Source: Trueperaceae bacterium (GTDB taxonomy: Bacteria; Deinococcota; Deinococci; Deinococcales; Trueperaceae). From it: a stretch of 64,000 nt of DNA. Location of the stretch: contig CBDCDZ010000004.1 in the NCBI GenBank assembly GCA_965215565.1, forward strand, positions 2,336,001-2,400,000, given 5' to 3'. Numbering within the stretch: position 1 is the stretch's first letter; each line of letters starts with the position of its first letter. The position numbers were made by a program, and so were the translations under genes. The notes beneath the pieces were generated by a model. It was not told where the DNA came from. It was given only the letters and a program-made list of their open reading frames with translations, and did no database searches. This document shows positions 17,980 to 28,237 of the stretch, piece after piece.

Positions 17980-20115
17980 TTAAAAGCGCCGCCGCTTTGA
18001 AAAGAGCTTGCGCGACACGTTTTGAGGCAGCGTGAGCACGCGGAGCGCTAAGACCTTCTTCTCCCGGTTGAGCCGCTGCGCCTGCTCGTACACCCACAGG
18101 GTGAACTTAGCGGGCAGCCCGGAGAGCGCAACCGAACCCTCGAGCCACGAGAAACCCCAGGCGAGGTCCTTATAGAACAAGCTCGGCACCGTCTTTGTAT
18201 TTGCGGTGCGCGAATCCTTGACGCGCACCGCGACGTCTTTGGCAATCTTGTAGAGGCCAAAGACGCTCAGCGGTTTGGCGAGCTTGACCGCCCGGAGTTC
18301 GTTCGGATCGTCGCTGATAGGAGCCCAAGCGAGCGCCTTTGCCTCGCGGCGCGTCGGGTTGCCAATGAGCATCCCCGTGACGAGGTGCGCGCAGCGCTTG
18401 AGGTCATCTGCGCCCTCATGGACCAGGGGCATTTTAGCGAGTTCGGCGGCGAACGTCGTGACGGTGCGGTGCACCTGCTCTAAGAACGCTTCGCGCTGCG
18501 GGTACGGCTTGAGCTTCGAAAGAACCGGCTTGACTTCGCCGTCACGGTGCTCATACCCTCGCGTACTCCCGTGGTCCGCCATTGTGAAAATCTGATCGAT
18601 GAGCCCTTTATTCTGAAAGAGGTACTTGATGCCCGAACTCGCCACGCCCTGCTCGAACTCCTCCAACCAGAAGCCCCGCGCTTGCCCGTACTCGGTGGCG
18701 GAAAAGCGCGTTTTAGAAATCCCTAAATAGTAACCGAGTGTATGAGGTTGCCCCGCTCGCCCCAAAATCTTTCTGAACGACGCCTGTGTGCGCAGCGTCC
18801 AGCCGATGTCCACGAGCGCCCACTTGTCATCTCTCAGCAAGCCCTCTTGCTCGAAGTAGGCGAGCGCTACCTCCCTCGCCTCCTTCGCGCGCTTCAATAT
18901 GGCGGGGGCAACTTCGGGGTCGTAGATAAAGGCCCAAAACCTCGCTTCGCTCTCGTCGTCAAGCTGAGCGTCCCAAGTTTCAGGTGCGAAACCGTGTCGG
19001 CGGAGCGGTCCCTCTAAATCCTCCGGCTTGAGGTCCAAGCGCTTGAGGTTGTGCCGAGGCGCGGATGACTGACCTGTCAAGACGAGAAACGCTAGGTCAT
19101 CCCCCTCCAGTGACGCTACTGACGGCAGATACCAGGCTTGCCTCGAGCCGTAGAGGTAGTGAAGCTCGGGCGTCTCGAGCGTCTGAGCGAGTTCCTGAGC
19201 GATCTTGTGCATGATCTGCCCGTCTCTAGCGACGAAGTGCAACCGCTCGGTGCCCCGCTGCTTCGCGTCTTGCAGCGCCCAGAGGACGAAACTCGTCAGA
19301 AGCGGCGCGACGACGTTCGCGGCGATGTCGGTGACGGCGGTGTCGCCTTCGTCTTCGCACATGAGCCGCGCCGCGCGGCAGAGCCCGGCAAGTTGCGCGT
19401 AAACCCAGGGCGGCGCGTGCGAGTCGTCCAGAATGGCCCTTTCGAAGCGGTTGAGGTGCGACACGTCAAAAAGCTCCGCCTTGATACCCAGCTTGCGCGC
19501 CGCTAAAAAGTCGCCCACCATGCTGTCGCCGCAGTGGTGCAGGTCTTTCGCCTCGACGCCTTCGCGCTCTAAAACGTGCTTAAAAAGCTCGCCGGTGCGC
19601 TTGGTCATCTCCAACTCAGAGGAGACGTATAAGGGGTCATCCGCCGTCGCGACGCCATGCTCGAGCAAAACCTCTCGGATGACCTCTTCGGAAAGGTACA
19701 TGTCCGAGATGAACACGACGCGCTGACCCTCATCTTTAAGCTGCGCGACGCGCCGCTTCGTGCGGGCGATAGGGCGGAGCGAGGCTTTCTCTAAGCGCAC
19801 CTCTTCGGCGCGCATCCAGTCCGGTGAAATGCGCCACGCCTCCAACTCGGTGAAAGCGCTGTAGATATCCTCCAAGTTGATATCGCCTTTAGAGGTCTCC
19901 CGGTGCGCCCGCTTCTCGGCGGCGACACGCGCCTGCGCGAGTTCGCTCACCTCTTCTTGTCCGAACGCCTCACCACGACACGCGGTGAGGACCCGCCTTG
20001 CAAGCGCGTAGAAGAGGTCGGCGGGACGGGCGAACGTCCTGACGACGCACGTGTCGAAAACGTCGAAGGCGTAGACCTTCGTAGTGGAGGTGGGGTTCGT
20101 CGTGGAGTTCGTCAT
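17980..20115 (-). CDS. HAD-superfamily hydrolase of the type found in polysaccharide loci
   Basis: FDVFDT motif I, ISDMYL, K..G.LF, H.GD...D; later ARDGQ and VDIGW motifs; start placed at ATG 20115. Confidence 0.85.
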   Translation of the reverse strand: MTNSTTNPTSTTKVYAFDVFDTCVVRTFARPADLFYALARRVLTACRGEAFGQEEVSELAQARVAAEKRAHRETSKGDINLEDIYSAFTELEAWRISPDWMRAEEVRLEKASLRPIARTKRRVAQLKDEGQRVVFISDMYLSEEVIREVLLEHGVATADDPLYVSSELEMTKRTGELFKHVLEREGVEAKDLHHCGDSMVGDFLAARKLGIKAELFDVSHLNRFERAILDDSHAPPWVYAQLAGLCRAARLMCEDEGDTAVTDIAANVVAPLLTSFVLWALQDAKQRGTERLHFVARDGQIMHKIAQELAQTLETPELHYLYGSRQAWYLPSVASLEGDDLAFLVLTGQSSAPRHNLKRLDLKPEDLEGPLRRHGFAPETWDAQLDDESEARFWAFIYDPEVAPAILKRAKEAREVALAYFEQEGLLRDDKWALVDIGWTLRTQASFRKILGRAGQPHTLGYYLGISKTRFSATEYGQARGFWLEEFEQGVASSGIKYLFQNKGLIDQIFTMADHGSTRGYEHRDGEVKPVLSKLKPYPQREAFLEQVHRTVTTFAAELAKMPLVHEGADDLKRCAHLVTGMLIGNPTRREAKALAWAPISDDPNELRAVKLAKPLSVFGLYKIAKDVAVRVKDSRTANTKTVPSLFYKDLAWGFSWLEGSVALSGLPAKFTLWVYEQAQRLNREKKVLALRVLTLPQNVSRKLFSKRRRF

Positions 20116-20289
20116 AGCGCTGCTCCGAGTGTACCCCGTAAGGCGGGGGTGTGCGTAGAAGAGGTGGTAGGTGGGGCGAAGATAACAGGAGACAACATCG
20201 CCTCCAAGTGTAGCGGAGAGCCTCGCGCTTGTCTGTGCTAATAGGCTCAACTTACGCGCTATGCGCCGTTTTATAGGGTAAGGTGAAGG

Positions 20290-20850
20290 GTGAACAGCGC
20301 AAACAGTAAAGAAGGGCTAGACGCCTTCGAAGAGCACGACCTCGGCACCTTGAGCGTCAAACTGCGCACGGATGGGTCTGATTCGGCTCATGATATTATT
20401 ATCCTTTCCGCGCCGAGCCGCGCGACGAGAGCCGTGTGGCTTTTCGGCGCGGCGGGCTGCCTGGTGTTCCTCTACTCCGCCGCGCTGACGCTGGGCTGGT
20501 TTACGCCCTCGCCCAACCTCTCGTTCGGCAGATTGCCCACGCTCCCCGAGACCTTCTTCTGGCTCTTGCCCCTCGTCCTCTGCGCCTTTTCACTCTCGCT
20601 GGCGGTGGGCGGCACGCGCGTGATTCTCTCTGGGGAGGGGCTCGAGCTGTCCGGCTTCTGGCCCAACCGCGTGAAACACGTCTACACCTGGTCAGACCTC
20701 CTTTTAGTGCGCTTCTGGGATGAACAAACCCGCAGCCGCGAAACGCTCTACGGCGTGCGCTTCCGCTTCAAGGGGGCGAATCTGACGCTTTTTGTGGGGA
20801 ATAAAAAGGTGTGGGAGGGGTTAAAAGAGAGGTTTGAAGAGGTTGGTTAG
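20290..20850 (+). CDS. Hypothetical membrane protein (2 TM plus possible PH-like domain)
   Basis: Purine-rich RBS, two hydrophobic helices, beta-rich C-terminus. Confidence 0.6.
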   Translation: MNSANSKEGLDAFEEHDLGTLSVKLRTDGSDSAHDIIILSAPSRATRAVWLFGAAGCLVFLYSAALTLGWFTPSPNLSFGRLPTLPETFFWLLPLVLCAFSLSLAVGGTRVILSGEGLELSGFWPNRVKHVYTWSDLLLVRFWDEQTRSRETLYGVRFRFKGANLTLFVGNKKVWEGLKERFEEVG

Positions 20851-20873
20851 AGGGTGGAACTTGCGCCGTAATC

Positions 20874-20946
20874 GGCTTTTAGCTCTTAGCCTTTAGCAGT
20901 TAGCTTAAAAGCTCGTACTGAACGCTAATACCTAAAGGCTAATGGC
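20874..20946. repeat. Heptamer-built inverted repeat (NNTTAGC)4 ... (GCTAANN)3
   Basis: ttttagc tcttagc ctttagc agttagc ... gctaata cctaaag gctaatg. Confidence 0.75.
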
Positions 20947-20987
20947 TTTACGCCTATTTGCCGAATTCAAGCACAGAGGAGACTACA

Positions 20988-21683
20988 TTGCCTAACAATC
21001 TCACTGGAATTATCGGCGCGATGCCCGAAGAATTAGAAGAGCTTTTAGACGTGCTGGAAAATACGCAAGAGGAACAAAGAGGCGCGTTTACGCTCTACCG
21101 GGGAACCTTGGATGGGCAAGAGGTCTTGCTCGCGGAGTGCGGCGTCGGCAAGGTCAACGCGGCGGCGCTGACGCAGCTTCTGGTTACGCAAGAGGTTGAG
21201 AGGGTTATCTTTACAGGCGTTGCGGGGGCGGTTGACCCAACTTTGAAAGTTGGCGACATCGTCGTGAGTACCGACGCGCTGCAACACGATACGGACGTGA
21301 CCGCGCTCGGCTACGAGTTGGGGCAGATGCCGGGTGAGCCGCTCGCGTGGGGGGCGGATGAAACGTTGCGCGACTTGGCATTAGAAGCCGCGCAGTACTT
21401 GGAAGAGGTCAAAGTCCTCGCCGGGCGCGTCGTCTCGGGTGACCAGTTCATCGCCGACGCGGATAAGGTAGCGCAAATACGTGAGACCTTCGGCGCGGCG
21501 TGCGCCGAGATGGAAGGGGCGGCGGTGGCGCAGGTGTGCGCGAAAGCAGCCATACCTTTTGTGATTATCCGCAGCATCAGCGATACGGCAGACCATGACG
21601 CGGAGGTGAACTTTCGGGAGTTTACGCCCTTAGCGGCGAAAAGGGCGAAGCGGGTGGTACGGGGGATGTTGGGGAGGCTTTAA
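20988..21683 (+). CDS. mtnN: 5'-methylthioadenosine/S-adenosylhomocysteine nucleosidase
   Basis: GIIGAMPEE, GVGKVNAA, SGDQFI, EMEGAAVAQV, IRSISD; TTG start after GAGGAG. Confidence 0.95.
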   Translation: MPNNLTGIIGAMPEELEELLDVLENTQEEQRGAFTLYRGTLDGQEVLLAECGVGKVNAAALTQLLVTQEVERVIFTGVAGAVDPTLKVGDIVVSTDALQHDTDVTALGYELGQMPGEPLAWGADETLRDLALEAAQYLEEVKVLAGRVVSGDQFIADADKVAQIRETFGAACAEMEGAAVAQVCAKAAIPFVIIRSISDTADHDAEVNFREFTPLAAKRAKRVVRGMLGRL

Positions 21684-21685
21684 CG

Positions 21686-22363
21686 TTATTCTTTGACAGG
21701 CGCTATACCCAGCAAGACGGTGAACTTCTTGTTGGACTTTTCTTCACTTGAGGAGGTCTGTTCGAGCCTCTCACAGAGCGCAATCATTTCGCGCTGCACG
21801 CGCTTAGCGTCCTCTTTAGAGAGCTGATAATCCCTAAATTCGATGAGGACGGCGGGTGTATGCTCCTCTTTCAGGTAGTTGAGGAGCGTTTTGGGGTCCT
21901 CCGTGCCGGGTCCGCTGTGATGAGCTATCTCGCCGGAGGGTCCTAGAACGTAGTAGTCGCCCTCGAACTCGTCCTCGAAGGGTCTCACCGTAGCAGCAAA
22001 GTGTTGGTTGAAGCGCTCGAGCAACGGTCCATATTGGCGGTCCATCTCGCCCGCGATATCGCCGCCGACAAGGTGCGCTTTGGGCACGAAGAACGTTTGG
22101 GCGATGCTCTGGTAGAGCTTGACCGCCTTGCCCCAACGCTTGCGCTCACCCGTGCAGGTGACGAGACCGAGCTTGAGGTAGCGCGTCACGTGGTAGTGGC
22201 AGCGTTTAGGGTCTTCGTCTATATGCCGCGCAAGCTCCCCGATAGTCAATGGTTCTCGCATCAGAGGAGATAACCGCCGCTGATGCTCCAAGTTTCCCAA
22301 AACCTCAACCGCAGTAGCGTCTGTTACGGTTTTCACGTCCCTATTCAGCTCTGTCTCTTTCAT
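21686..22363 (-). CDS. ArsR-like winged-helix transcriptional regulator
   Basis: LTIGELARHI...HYHVTRYLKLGLV...VKLYQ; divergent from the hydrolase. Confidence 0.75.
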   Translation of the reverse strand: MKETELNRDVKTVTDATAVEVLGNLEHQRRLSPLMREPLTIGELARHIDEDPKRCHYHVTRYLKLGLVTCTGERKRWGKAVKLYQSIAQTFFVPKAHLVGGDIAGEMDRQYGPLLERFNQHFAATVRPFEDEFEGDYYVLGPSGEIAHHSGPGTEDPKTLLNYLKEEHTPAVLIEFRDYQLSKEDAKRVQREMIALCERLEQTSSSEEKSNKKFTVLLGIAPVKE

Positions 22364-22483
22364 CCTGAATTGATTCTAAGCTAGAGTTTTATTAGAAATT
22401 CAATTTCAGTTCTTTGCGCCGCTGTGCGACAAGGGATAACGCGCTGCTGACTTGAGTGGGAGAGAAAAGAGAAGAGGTCAAAA

Positions 22484-23557
22484 ATGATTGTGAGGGCTCT
22501 AAGAGGTTTCGGCGTAGGTGTAGGCGTGCTCGCTATCTTGGTTCTAGCGGTCTTTTCAATGCTGAGCGCGATACGCGGACGAACCCCTGCCATCGCAGGT
22601 GAAAACAGCGTCGCGACGGTGGAGATGGTAGAACTCGGCGGCGTAGAACAGTTCGTAGTGACGCGCGGCGTGGACCGCAGCAAACCCGTTTTGCTCATGC
22701 TCCACGGGGGTCCCGGTCTACCCTCAACCCTGCTCAGAAGCCTCATGTCACCCGAACTGGAGGAAAACTTCGTAGTCGTTATGTATGACCAGCGTAACGC
22801 GGGGCGCTCGGAAAAGGGCAACATTGAGGACATGACCGTGGAGCGGCACGTCGCGGACGCCCTCGAGCTTACCGATATCTTGCGCAAGCGCTTCGCTCAA
22901 GAGAAAATCTACCTGCTCGGTCACTCCTGGGGTGCACACCTCGGTCTCTTCGTGGCGCAAGCTGCGCCTGAAAAGTACCACGCGCTCGTCAACACAGGGC
23001 AAGCGCTCGTTACCGACGTTTCAGAAATTTGCGAGGTGTTCATTCGCTCGAGTGTCATAGGCACAGCACTAGAGGAGGAATACATAACCGGGTTGCGCGA
23101 GCAAAGAGAGTTGCTCAACGATCTATGGCAGGAAGGTAACTGCGTCAATGAGGTCGTCGCACCTCTAGGGGGCGAGATTCATGGTGAGACGAGAGAGGCG
23201 CTCAGGGTACTGCTCCCCGCGATGCTGCGTGCTCCAGAGTACCGTCCTCTGGATATTTTGAAAATCATGCGCTTCAATAACGAACATCGGTGGGCGCTCA
23301 CGGATCAAGCCTTTGAATTGGGGACAAATGTCGCGGAACTCGGGCTGCCCGTCTACTTCTTCTTGGGACGCTACGACTACGTGACCCCTTCACTCGCTGC
23401 AGCCGAATTTTTCAACAACCTAGAAGCGCCTTCCAAAGAGGTTGTTTGGTTCGAGGAGTCCGCCCATTTCACCTTCATGGAGGAACCTGAGAAGTTCGCT
23501 CAGGAACTCGTACGGGTTAAGCGTGAGGTGCGGGCGGCTGAGGTGGCGCTTCGCTAA
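22484..23557 (+). CDS. Alpha/beta hydrolase (prolyl aminopeptidase-like) with N-terminal anchor
   Basis: LHGGPG, YDQRNAGRS, GHSWG, D and FEESAH catalytic motifs. Confidence 0.9.
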   Translation: MIVRALRGFGVGVGVLAILVLAVFSMLSAIRGRTPAIAGENSVATVEMVELGGVEQFVVTRGVDRSKPVLLMLHGGPGLPSTLLRSLMSPELEENFVVVMYDQRNAGRSEKGNIEDMTVERHVADALELTDILRKRFAQEKIYLLGHSWGAHLGLFVAQAAPEKYHALVNTGQALVTDVSEICEVFIRSSVIGTALEEEYITGLREQRELLNDLWQEGNCVNEVVAPLGGEIHGETREALRVLLPAMLRAPEYRPLDILKIMRFNNEHRWALTDQAFELGTNVAELGLPVYFFLGRYDYVTPSLAAAEFFNNLEAPSKEVVWFEESAHFTFMEEPEKFAQELVRVKREVRAAEVALR

Positions 23558-23583
23558 AGGAGCTGAACTCGGGCCCTACTGTC

Positions 23584-25443
23584 TCAGAGCTTCAACAGGT
23601 ATAAAAGCGCCGCCGCGTCCCACGCCTGCGGACGGCACGCCACCGGATAGGGCACGGGCGGCGCGTCTGTGCGTTCATATCCTGCGACGAGTTCAGGCAA
23701 CCGCTTATCTATTTGGCTCGCTGCTAGGTCAAACGTCGCTTCACGAATCTTGGCGACCTCTTCCGAGAAGCCGTAACGCGACAAGCCCCCTGCAATGAGC
23801 GCCGTGTCGTGCGGCCAGACCGAGCCGTTGTGATACGAGACGGGATTGTAGCGTTTCTCGCCCACGCCGAGCGTGCGAACGCCCCAACCTGACCAGTTCG
23901 TATCCGAGAAGAGGGTTTTAACTAATGCAGGCGCGACCTCTTCAGGCACGACGCCCGTCCAGAGGAGTTGCCCCGCGTCGGAGTTATGCACTTTGAGTGG
24001 ACGCTTTTCACCGTCTAGCGCCATCGCGTAGGTCTGCATATTCTCTAACCAAAAAGTTTCGTGGAACTTGGTTTTGAGCGCGTCGGCTTTTTCTATGTAG
24101 CGGCTCGAGCCCCCCTCATCCCCTAACTCGCTATAGAACGCAGCCGCAGCGCGGTACGCCGCGTAGGTGTAGCCCTGCACCTCGCTCACCGCCAACGCAC
24201 CTCTTGCCAACGCCCCGTCCGCATGGCTCATCGAGTCGTGCGAGTCTTTCCAGGACTGAACCGAGAGCCCTTTCGCGCCTTCGAAGTCCGCCACGCCCTG
24301 AAACTCCACAAAGCCGTCGCCATCTACGTCGCCGTCCTCTTGCAGCCATCTGAGCGCCGCTTCCCAATTTGCTCTCAGCTCTTCAACGAGGTTAAAGTCG
24401 CCCGTCTGCTGCCACACCTCATGGAGCAGCATCACAAAGAGCGCGGGGGCGTCTACGGTTCCATAGTAGGGACTATGCGGGGTTTGCTGCGTGCGCGTCA
24501 GCTCGCCGAAGCGGAGTTCGTGCATGATCTTGCCGGGGGCTTCGGCGCGAAAGTCGTCGTAGCTTTTGCCCTGATAGCGGGCGAGGTAACGTAGCGTGCC
24601 GCGCGCCACCTCGCTCTGATGAGGAAGCATCATGAACGCGGTTAGGAGCGCGTCGCGTCCGAACGCCGCGACGTACCAAGGAATGCCCGCCGAGGGATAG
24701 AGCCCGCATTCGGTGTAGAGCAGCAGGGCGCGGAGGTCATCCACTGCCTGGTCTAAGACCTCTTGGTGGCGTTCGCTTTTTGCTTGTAGGGAGAAGCTTT
24801 CACGCCACGATTCATACGAGAGGTCGCACGGCTCGCTCCTCTCTAAAGGGTTGTCTAAAGAGATTTGGACGCGCAGCTCTGAGCGCGCTTGAGGAGAAAG
24901 CTCGAGCCTAAAGACCACGCCTTCTTCGGTGCGCTTAATGGGTGCGGGCGAAACCTCGACAGAGGTCGTGAAGTCTAAACCGTCTTTTGCTCTATAACGA
25001 AACCTCACACCCTGTTCTTCTGTCTCACGAACGACGCTGTCACGCTCAGCGACGCGCCACGCCCGCGCTTCGAAGAGGTCCGCGAAGTCAGATTCAAGGT
25101 CTAAAGCAACCTCAATAGTCTGTGACTCTGAACTGGTATTTTGGAACTCGAGCACATCCTCCAACCCTTGCGCCGACACCTTCAAAGTGCGCTGCACGCC
25201 GACCATTTGCGACGGTCCCTCGATCTTCGCGTAATGAGCGCTGAACTGGTCCGGTCTAGCGCTATGCGTGAGAAGCGTCTGAAACGCCTTGTCAAAGCGC
25301 CAGGCGTAGCGGCTCAAGAAGCGTGTATCACGGTTGTAGAGCCCGTGTTCACTCTCTAAAACCTGTCCGTCTTCTCGCCCCACAAAAAAGGTGTAGTTCT
25401 CTTTTAAGACCAAATTGTCGTTCGTATCGCGTTCGATGTGCAT
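23584..25443 (-). CDS. Amylo-alpha-1,6-glucosidase / glycogen debranching family protein
   Basis: AGIPWYVAAFGRD, EAPGKIMHELR, QSWKDSHDS, SYHNGSVWPHD, ACRPQAW. Confidence 0.92.
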   Translation of the reverse strand: MHIERDTNDNLVLKENYTFFVGREDGQVLESEHGLYNRDTRFLSRYAWRFDKAFQTLLTHSARPDQFSAHYAKIEGPSQMVGVQRTLKVSAQGLEDVLEFQNTSSESQTIEVALDLESDFADLFEARAWRVAERDSVVRETEEQGVRFRYRAKDGLDFTTSVEVSPAPIKRTEEGVVFRLELSPQARSELRVQISLDNPLERSEPCDLSYESWRESFSLQAKSERHQEVLDQAVDDLRALLLYTECGLYPSAGIPWYVAAFGRDALLTAFMMLPHQSEVARGTLRYLARYQGKSYDDFRAEAPGKIMHELRFGELTRTQQTPHSPYYGTVDAPALFVMLLHEVWQQTGDFNLVEELRANWEAALRWLQEDGDVDGDGFVEFQGVADFEGAKGLSVQSWKDSHDSMSHADGALARGALAVSEVQGYTYAAYRAAAAFYSELGDEGGSSRYIEKADALKTKFHETFWLENMQTYAMALDGEKRPLKVHNSDAGQLLWTGVVPEEVAPALVKTLFSDTNWSGWGVRTLGVGEKRYNPVSYHNGSVWPHDTALIAGGLSRYGFSEEVAKIREATFDLAASQIDKRLPELVAGYERTDAPPVPYPVACRPQAWDAAALLYLLKL

Positions 25444-25553
25444 AGATGTGCCTCACTGAATTTAACATGAGTTAGTTTGAAGTGACCACTTAACCTGATA
25501 AGCGTGTCAGCACTTCAGGCTTTTCCTACCTAGCCGAAGTGCTGACCAGCTTC

Positions 25554-26996
25554 TTACTCCTTCGACCCCCCATACGATACCCCTTCTAAAAAGTATCGCT
25601 GAAACACCACGAAGAGGATGATGATGGGGAGTGCGCTCAAAATCGCACCCGCTAAGATGAGCCCCCAGTCGCCCGTTGTGCCGTAAATCTCCCGGAAGGT
25701 GAGCAAACCGATGGGCAGCGTTTTGATGTCTTCGGGCGTGGTCAGCACGATGAAGGGCCAGAAGAACTCGTTCCAGGCCCCCTGAAAGCTGAGGATCGCC
25801 ACCGCGCCCAAAGCGGGCCGCGCCATCGGCAGCACGACGCGCCAGTAGCGCTGCCAGTGGTTCGCGCCGTCGATCATGGCGGCCTCTTCGACCTCGTTGG
25901 GGATGGACTCGAAAAACTGCTTCATCAGAAAGACCATCGCGGCGGCGACCAACGCCGAGCCGCTCGCCCCGCCGATGATCACCCCCCAGATGGAGTTGAG
26001 GAGCGTCTGCACGCCGAAGAGCTGCGTCAACCCAAAGATGCCGTCGCGCAAAACGAGATAGTTCGAGATAAAGGTGACCTGACCGGGGATCATCATGCTG
26101 AAAAGCAGTGCGAAGAAGATGAAAGTTTTCCCTGGAAACGCGAGCCGCGCCAGCGCGTAACCTGCCATCGACGCGAACAGCAGCGTCGAGAGCACCCGTA
26201 TGATCGCGACAAAAAACGAGTTGAGCGTCCAGGCCCAGAAGAGGCTCTGTCCGGTGGTGACGCTCTTGACCTCGTTGAAGACGCGCACGTAGTTGCGAAA
26301 CACGTAGCCGATCGCGCCGGGGGTGATGGTGTCGTAGGAGACGACACGGCCTCGGCGCTCGAGCCGCGAAGGTGCCAACGTCGCGTCAATATAGCGCTGA
26401 TTGACGGGCGCGGTAATGTCCACAGGCAAGGTCTCCACCTCGGGGCCATCACCCGGATACGTCACCGTGAATTCATAAGACACAATCTGCCCTTGGACGC
26501 TCTCACCACGTATCTCGCCGCTGCCGGGCTCTCTGGACGTTTCCCTAACGTCGCTCAGTTCGGCGTAGTCGGCGGCGAACTCAATTTGCTGCGCGGCCTG
26601 CAAGCCACCGCTGCGGCGGCGCGACACGACCACTTCAGGCGTCTCGGGCTCCTGCCCTTCGGGGACGAAGTAGGTGACGCTAAAGGGCACCTGTGCGCCG
26701 GGGGCGAAGCCGCCGAACCAGCGTCCGCCCTCGCCCGCCGCGCCCAAGCGCCCCGCCGCCGACCAGTTGGCCGGGGAGAGCTGCGGGATGTTGAGCGTCG
26801 GAGGGTAATCCAAGGGGTTGGTTTTGAGGCTCGAGAACGCCGCGAAGAGGATCGGGCCCAAGAGGACGACAGCGAAAAAGAGCATCGCCAGGTAGACCAG
26901 CCCGGCCCGCGCCCAGCGGCGGCGGGCGTGCCAGCGTTCGAAGTCAGCGCGAGTGGCAAAAGAACCTGCGCCCCGTGGTGCGTTACGAACGGCCAT
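25554..26996 (-). CDS. Carbohydrate ABC transporter permease (MalG-like) with large extracytoplasmic insertion
   Basis: EAA motif EEAAMIDGA, WNEFFWP; about 180-aa soluble insert after the first TM. Confidence 0.9.
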   Translation of the reverse strand: MAVRNAPRGAGSFATRADFERWHARRRWARAGLVYLAMLFFAVVLLGPILFAAFSSLKTNPLDYPPTLNIPQLSPANWSAAGRLGAAGEGGRWFGGFAPGAQVPFSVTYFVPEGQEPETPEVVVSRRRSGGLQAAQQIEFAADYAELSDVRETSREPGSGEIRGESVQGQIVSYEFTVTYPGDGPEVETLPVDITAPVNQRYIDATLAPSRLERRGRVVSYDTITPGAIGYVFRNYVRVFNEVKSVTTGQSLFWAWTLNSFFVAIIRVLSTLLFASMAGYALARLAFPGKTFIFFALLFSMMIPGQVTFISNYLVLRDGIFGLTQLFGVQTLLNSIWGVIIGGASGSALVAAAMVFLMKQFFESIPNEVEEAAMIDGANHWQRYWRVVLPMARPALGAVAILSFQGAWNEFFWPFIVLTTPEDIKTLPIGLLTFREIYGTTGDWGLILAGAILSALPIIILFVVFQRYFLEGVSYGGSKE

Positions 26997-28090
26997 CAGC
27001 GCCGCTCCGAGGGGATGAAGACGCGCTGAATGAGCACCACGATGAGCGTCAAGACCGCCAAGAACATCGCCGCCGCCGACGCGAAGCCGACCTCGGGCAG
27101 TTGCCCGCCGGGGAACATCCGGTTGTAGACGAAGTACGCCAAGGTGATGATCGACTCGAGCGGCGCTGCGTCGCCAAAAATAGCGACCTGGTCAAACATC
27201 TGCAAGGTGCCGATGAGCCCGAGCGTCACCACTAAAAAGGTCACGGGCTGCACGGAGGGCACCGTGATGTGGCGAAACTGCTGCAAAGCGGTCGCGCCGT
27301 CCAAGGAGGCCGCCTCGTAGTAGGACTTGGGCACGTCTTGAAGCGCGGCTAAAAACATCAGCATAAAGGTGGGCATGGTCGTGAAGATGTTCTGGAACAT
27401 GATGACGATGAGCGGCAGCCCGATCAGTCCGACGCTCTGCTGAGTGTTGAGCCAGATAAAGCCGATAGGCGCAATTTCCCTCGGCGCGATCACGCCGCTT
27501 ATATTGAGCAGAAAGGTCCCGGCCAGCGCCACCAAAGTCGAGATGACCAAGAGGGCGGGGTCGAGCCAGCCGGCGGGCAGGTTGCGGGCACGTTCAAACC
27601 ACACCTGCGCGAGTTGGGCGACTACCAAGATGGCTAAGAACACGGTGATAAGAGGTAGATAGGTGAGAAACTGCGTGACGAGATAGTTGATGAGGCCGGT
27701 GCGCTGAAAGAGCCACAGAAAAATGAGCGTGATGACGACGCTGCTGGTCACGCTCGGCATGTAGAACGCGGCGCGGAAAAAACCCAAGCCGCGCACCTTT
27801 TGGTTGAGAACGGACGCCATCAGCAGTGCGCCGATGGTCTGCAACGCCGTCACGACGGTTGCGAACACGACCGTGTTGAAAAGCGCGCGCAAGAAGTTGT
27901 CACTCTGAAACAGATTGATGTAGTTTTGCAGGCCGATAAATTCCAAATTGTTGATGTTGAAGAGGTTGTAGTTGGTAAAGCTAAAGACAACTGCGCGCAC
28001 GAAAGCATAGATGAAAAAGACGCCTAACGTGAGCAAGAAGGGCGCGAGGAAGAGGTAGCCTGCTAGCGCGTCCCGGAACCGCTGATTCAT
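26996..28090 (-). CDS. Carbohydrate ABC transporter permease (MalF-like)
   Basis: FIGLQNY, YEAASLDGA, LQMFDQ. Confidence 0.92.
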   Translation of the reverse strand: MNQRFRDALAGYLFLAPFLLTLGVFFIYAFVRAVVFSFTNYNLFNINNLEFIGLQNYINLFQSDNFLRALFNTVVFATVVTALQTIGALLMASVLNQKVRGLGFFRAAFYMPSVTSSVVITLIFLWLFQRTGLINYLVTQFLTYLPLITVFLAILVVAQLAQVWFERARNLPAGWLDPALLVISTLVALAGTFLLNISGVIAPREIAPIGFIWLNTQQSVGLIGLPLIVIMFQNIFTTMPTFMLMFLAALQDVPKSYYEAASLDGATALQQFRHITVPSVQPVTFLVVTLGLIGTLQMFDQVAIFGDAAPLESIITLAYFVYNRMFPGGQLPEVGFASAAAMFLAVLTLIVVLIQRVFIPSERR

Positions 28091-28157
28091 GGGGTCTCAC
28101 CTCCAAAGCTAGGGGATTTGAACTCGTGATTGATGAGCGAAGTCACGCCGTACAGAA

Positions 28158-28230
28158 GGCTGTTAGCGGTTAGCCCTCAGGTATTAGCTAGAAGCCTTTG
28201 CTAAGAGCTAATCGCTAATACCTAACGGCT
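28158..28230. repeat. Heptamer-built inverted repeat
   Basis: tgttagc ggttagc cctcagg tattagc ... gctaaga gctaatc gctaata cctaacg. Confidence 0.75.
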
Positions 28231-28237
28231 CGTTTAA

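Noticed and set aside
25857..27029. 390-aa plus-strand ORF
   Set aside because: Antisense shadow of the ABC permease, typical of high-GC codon bias
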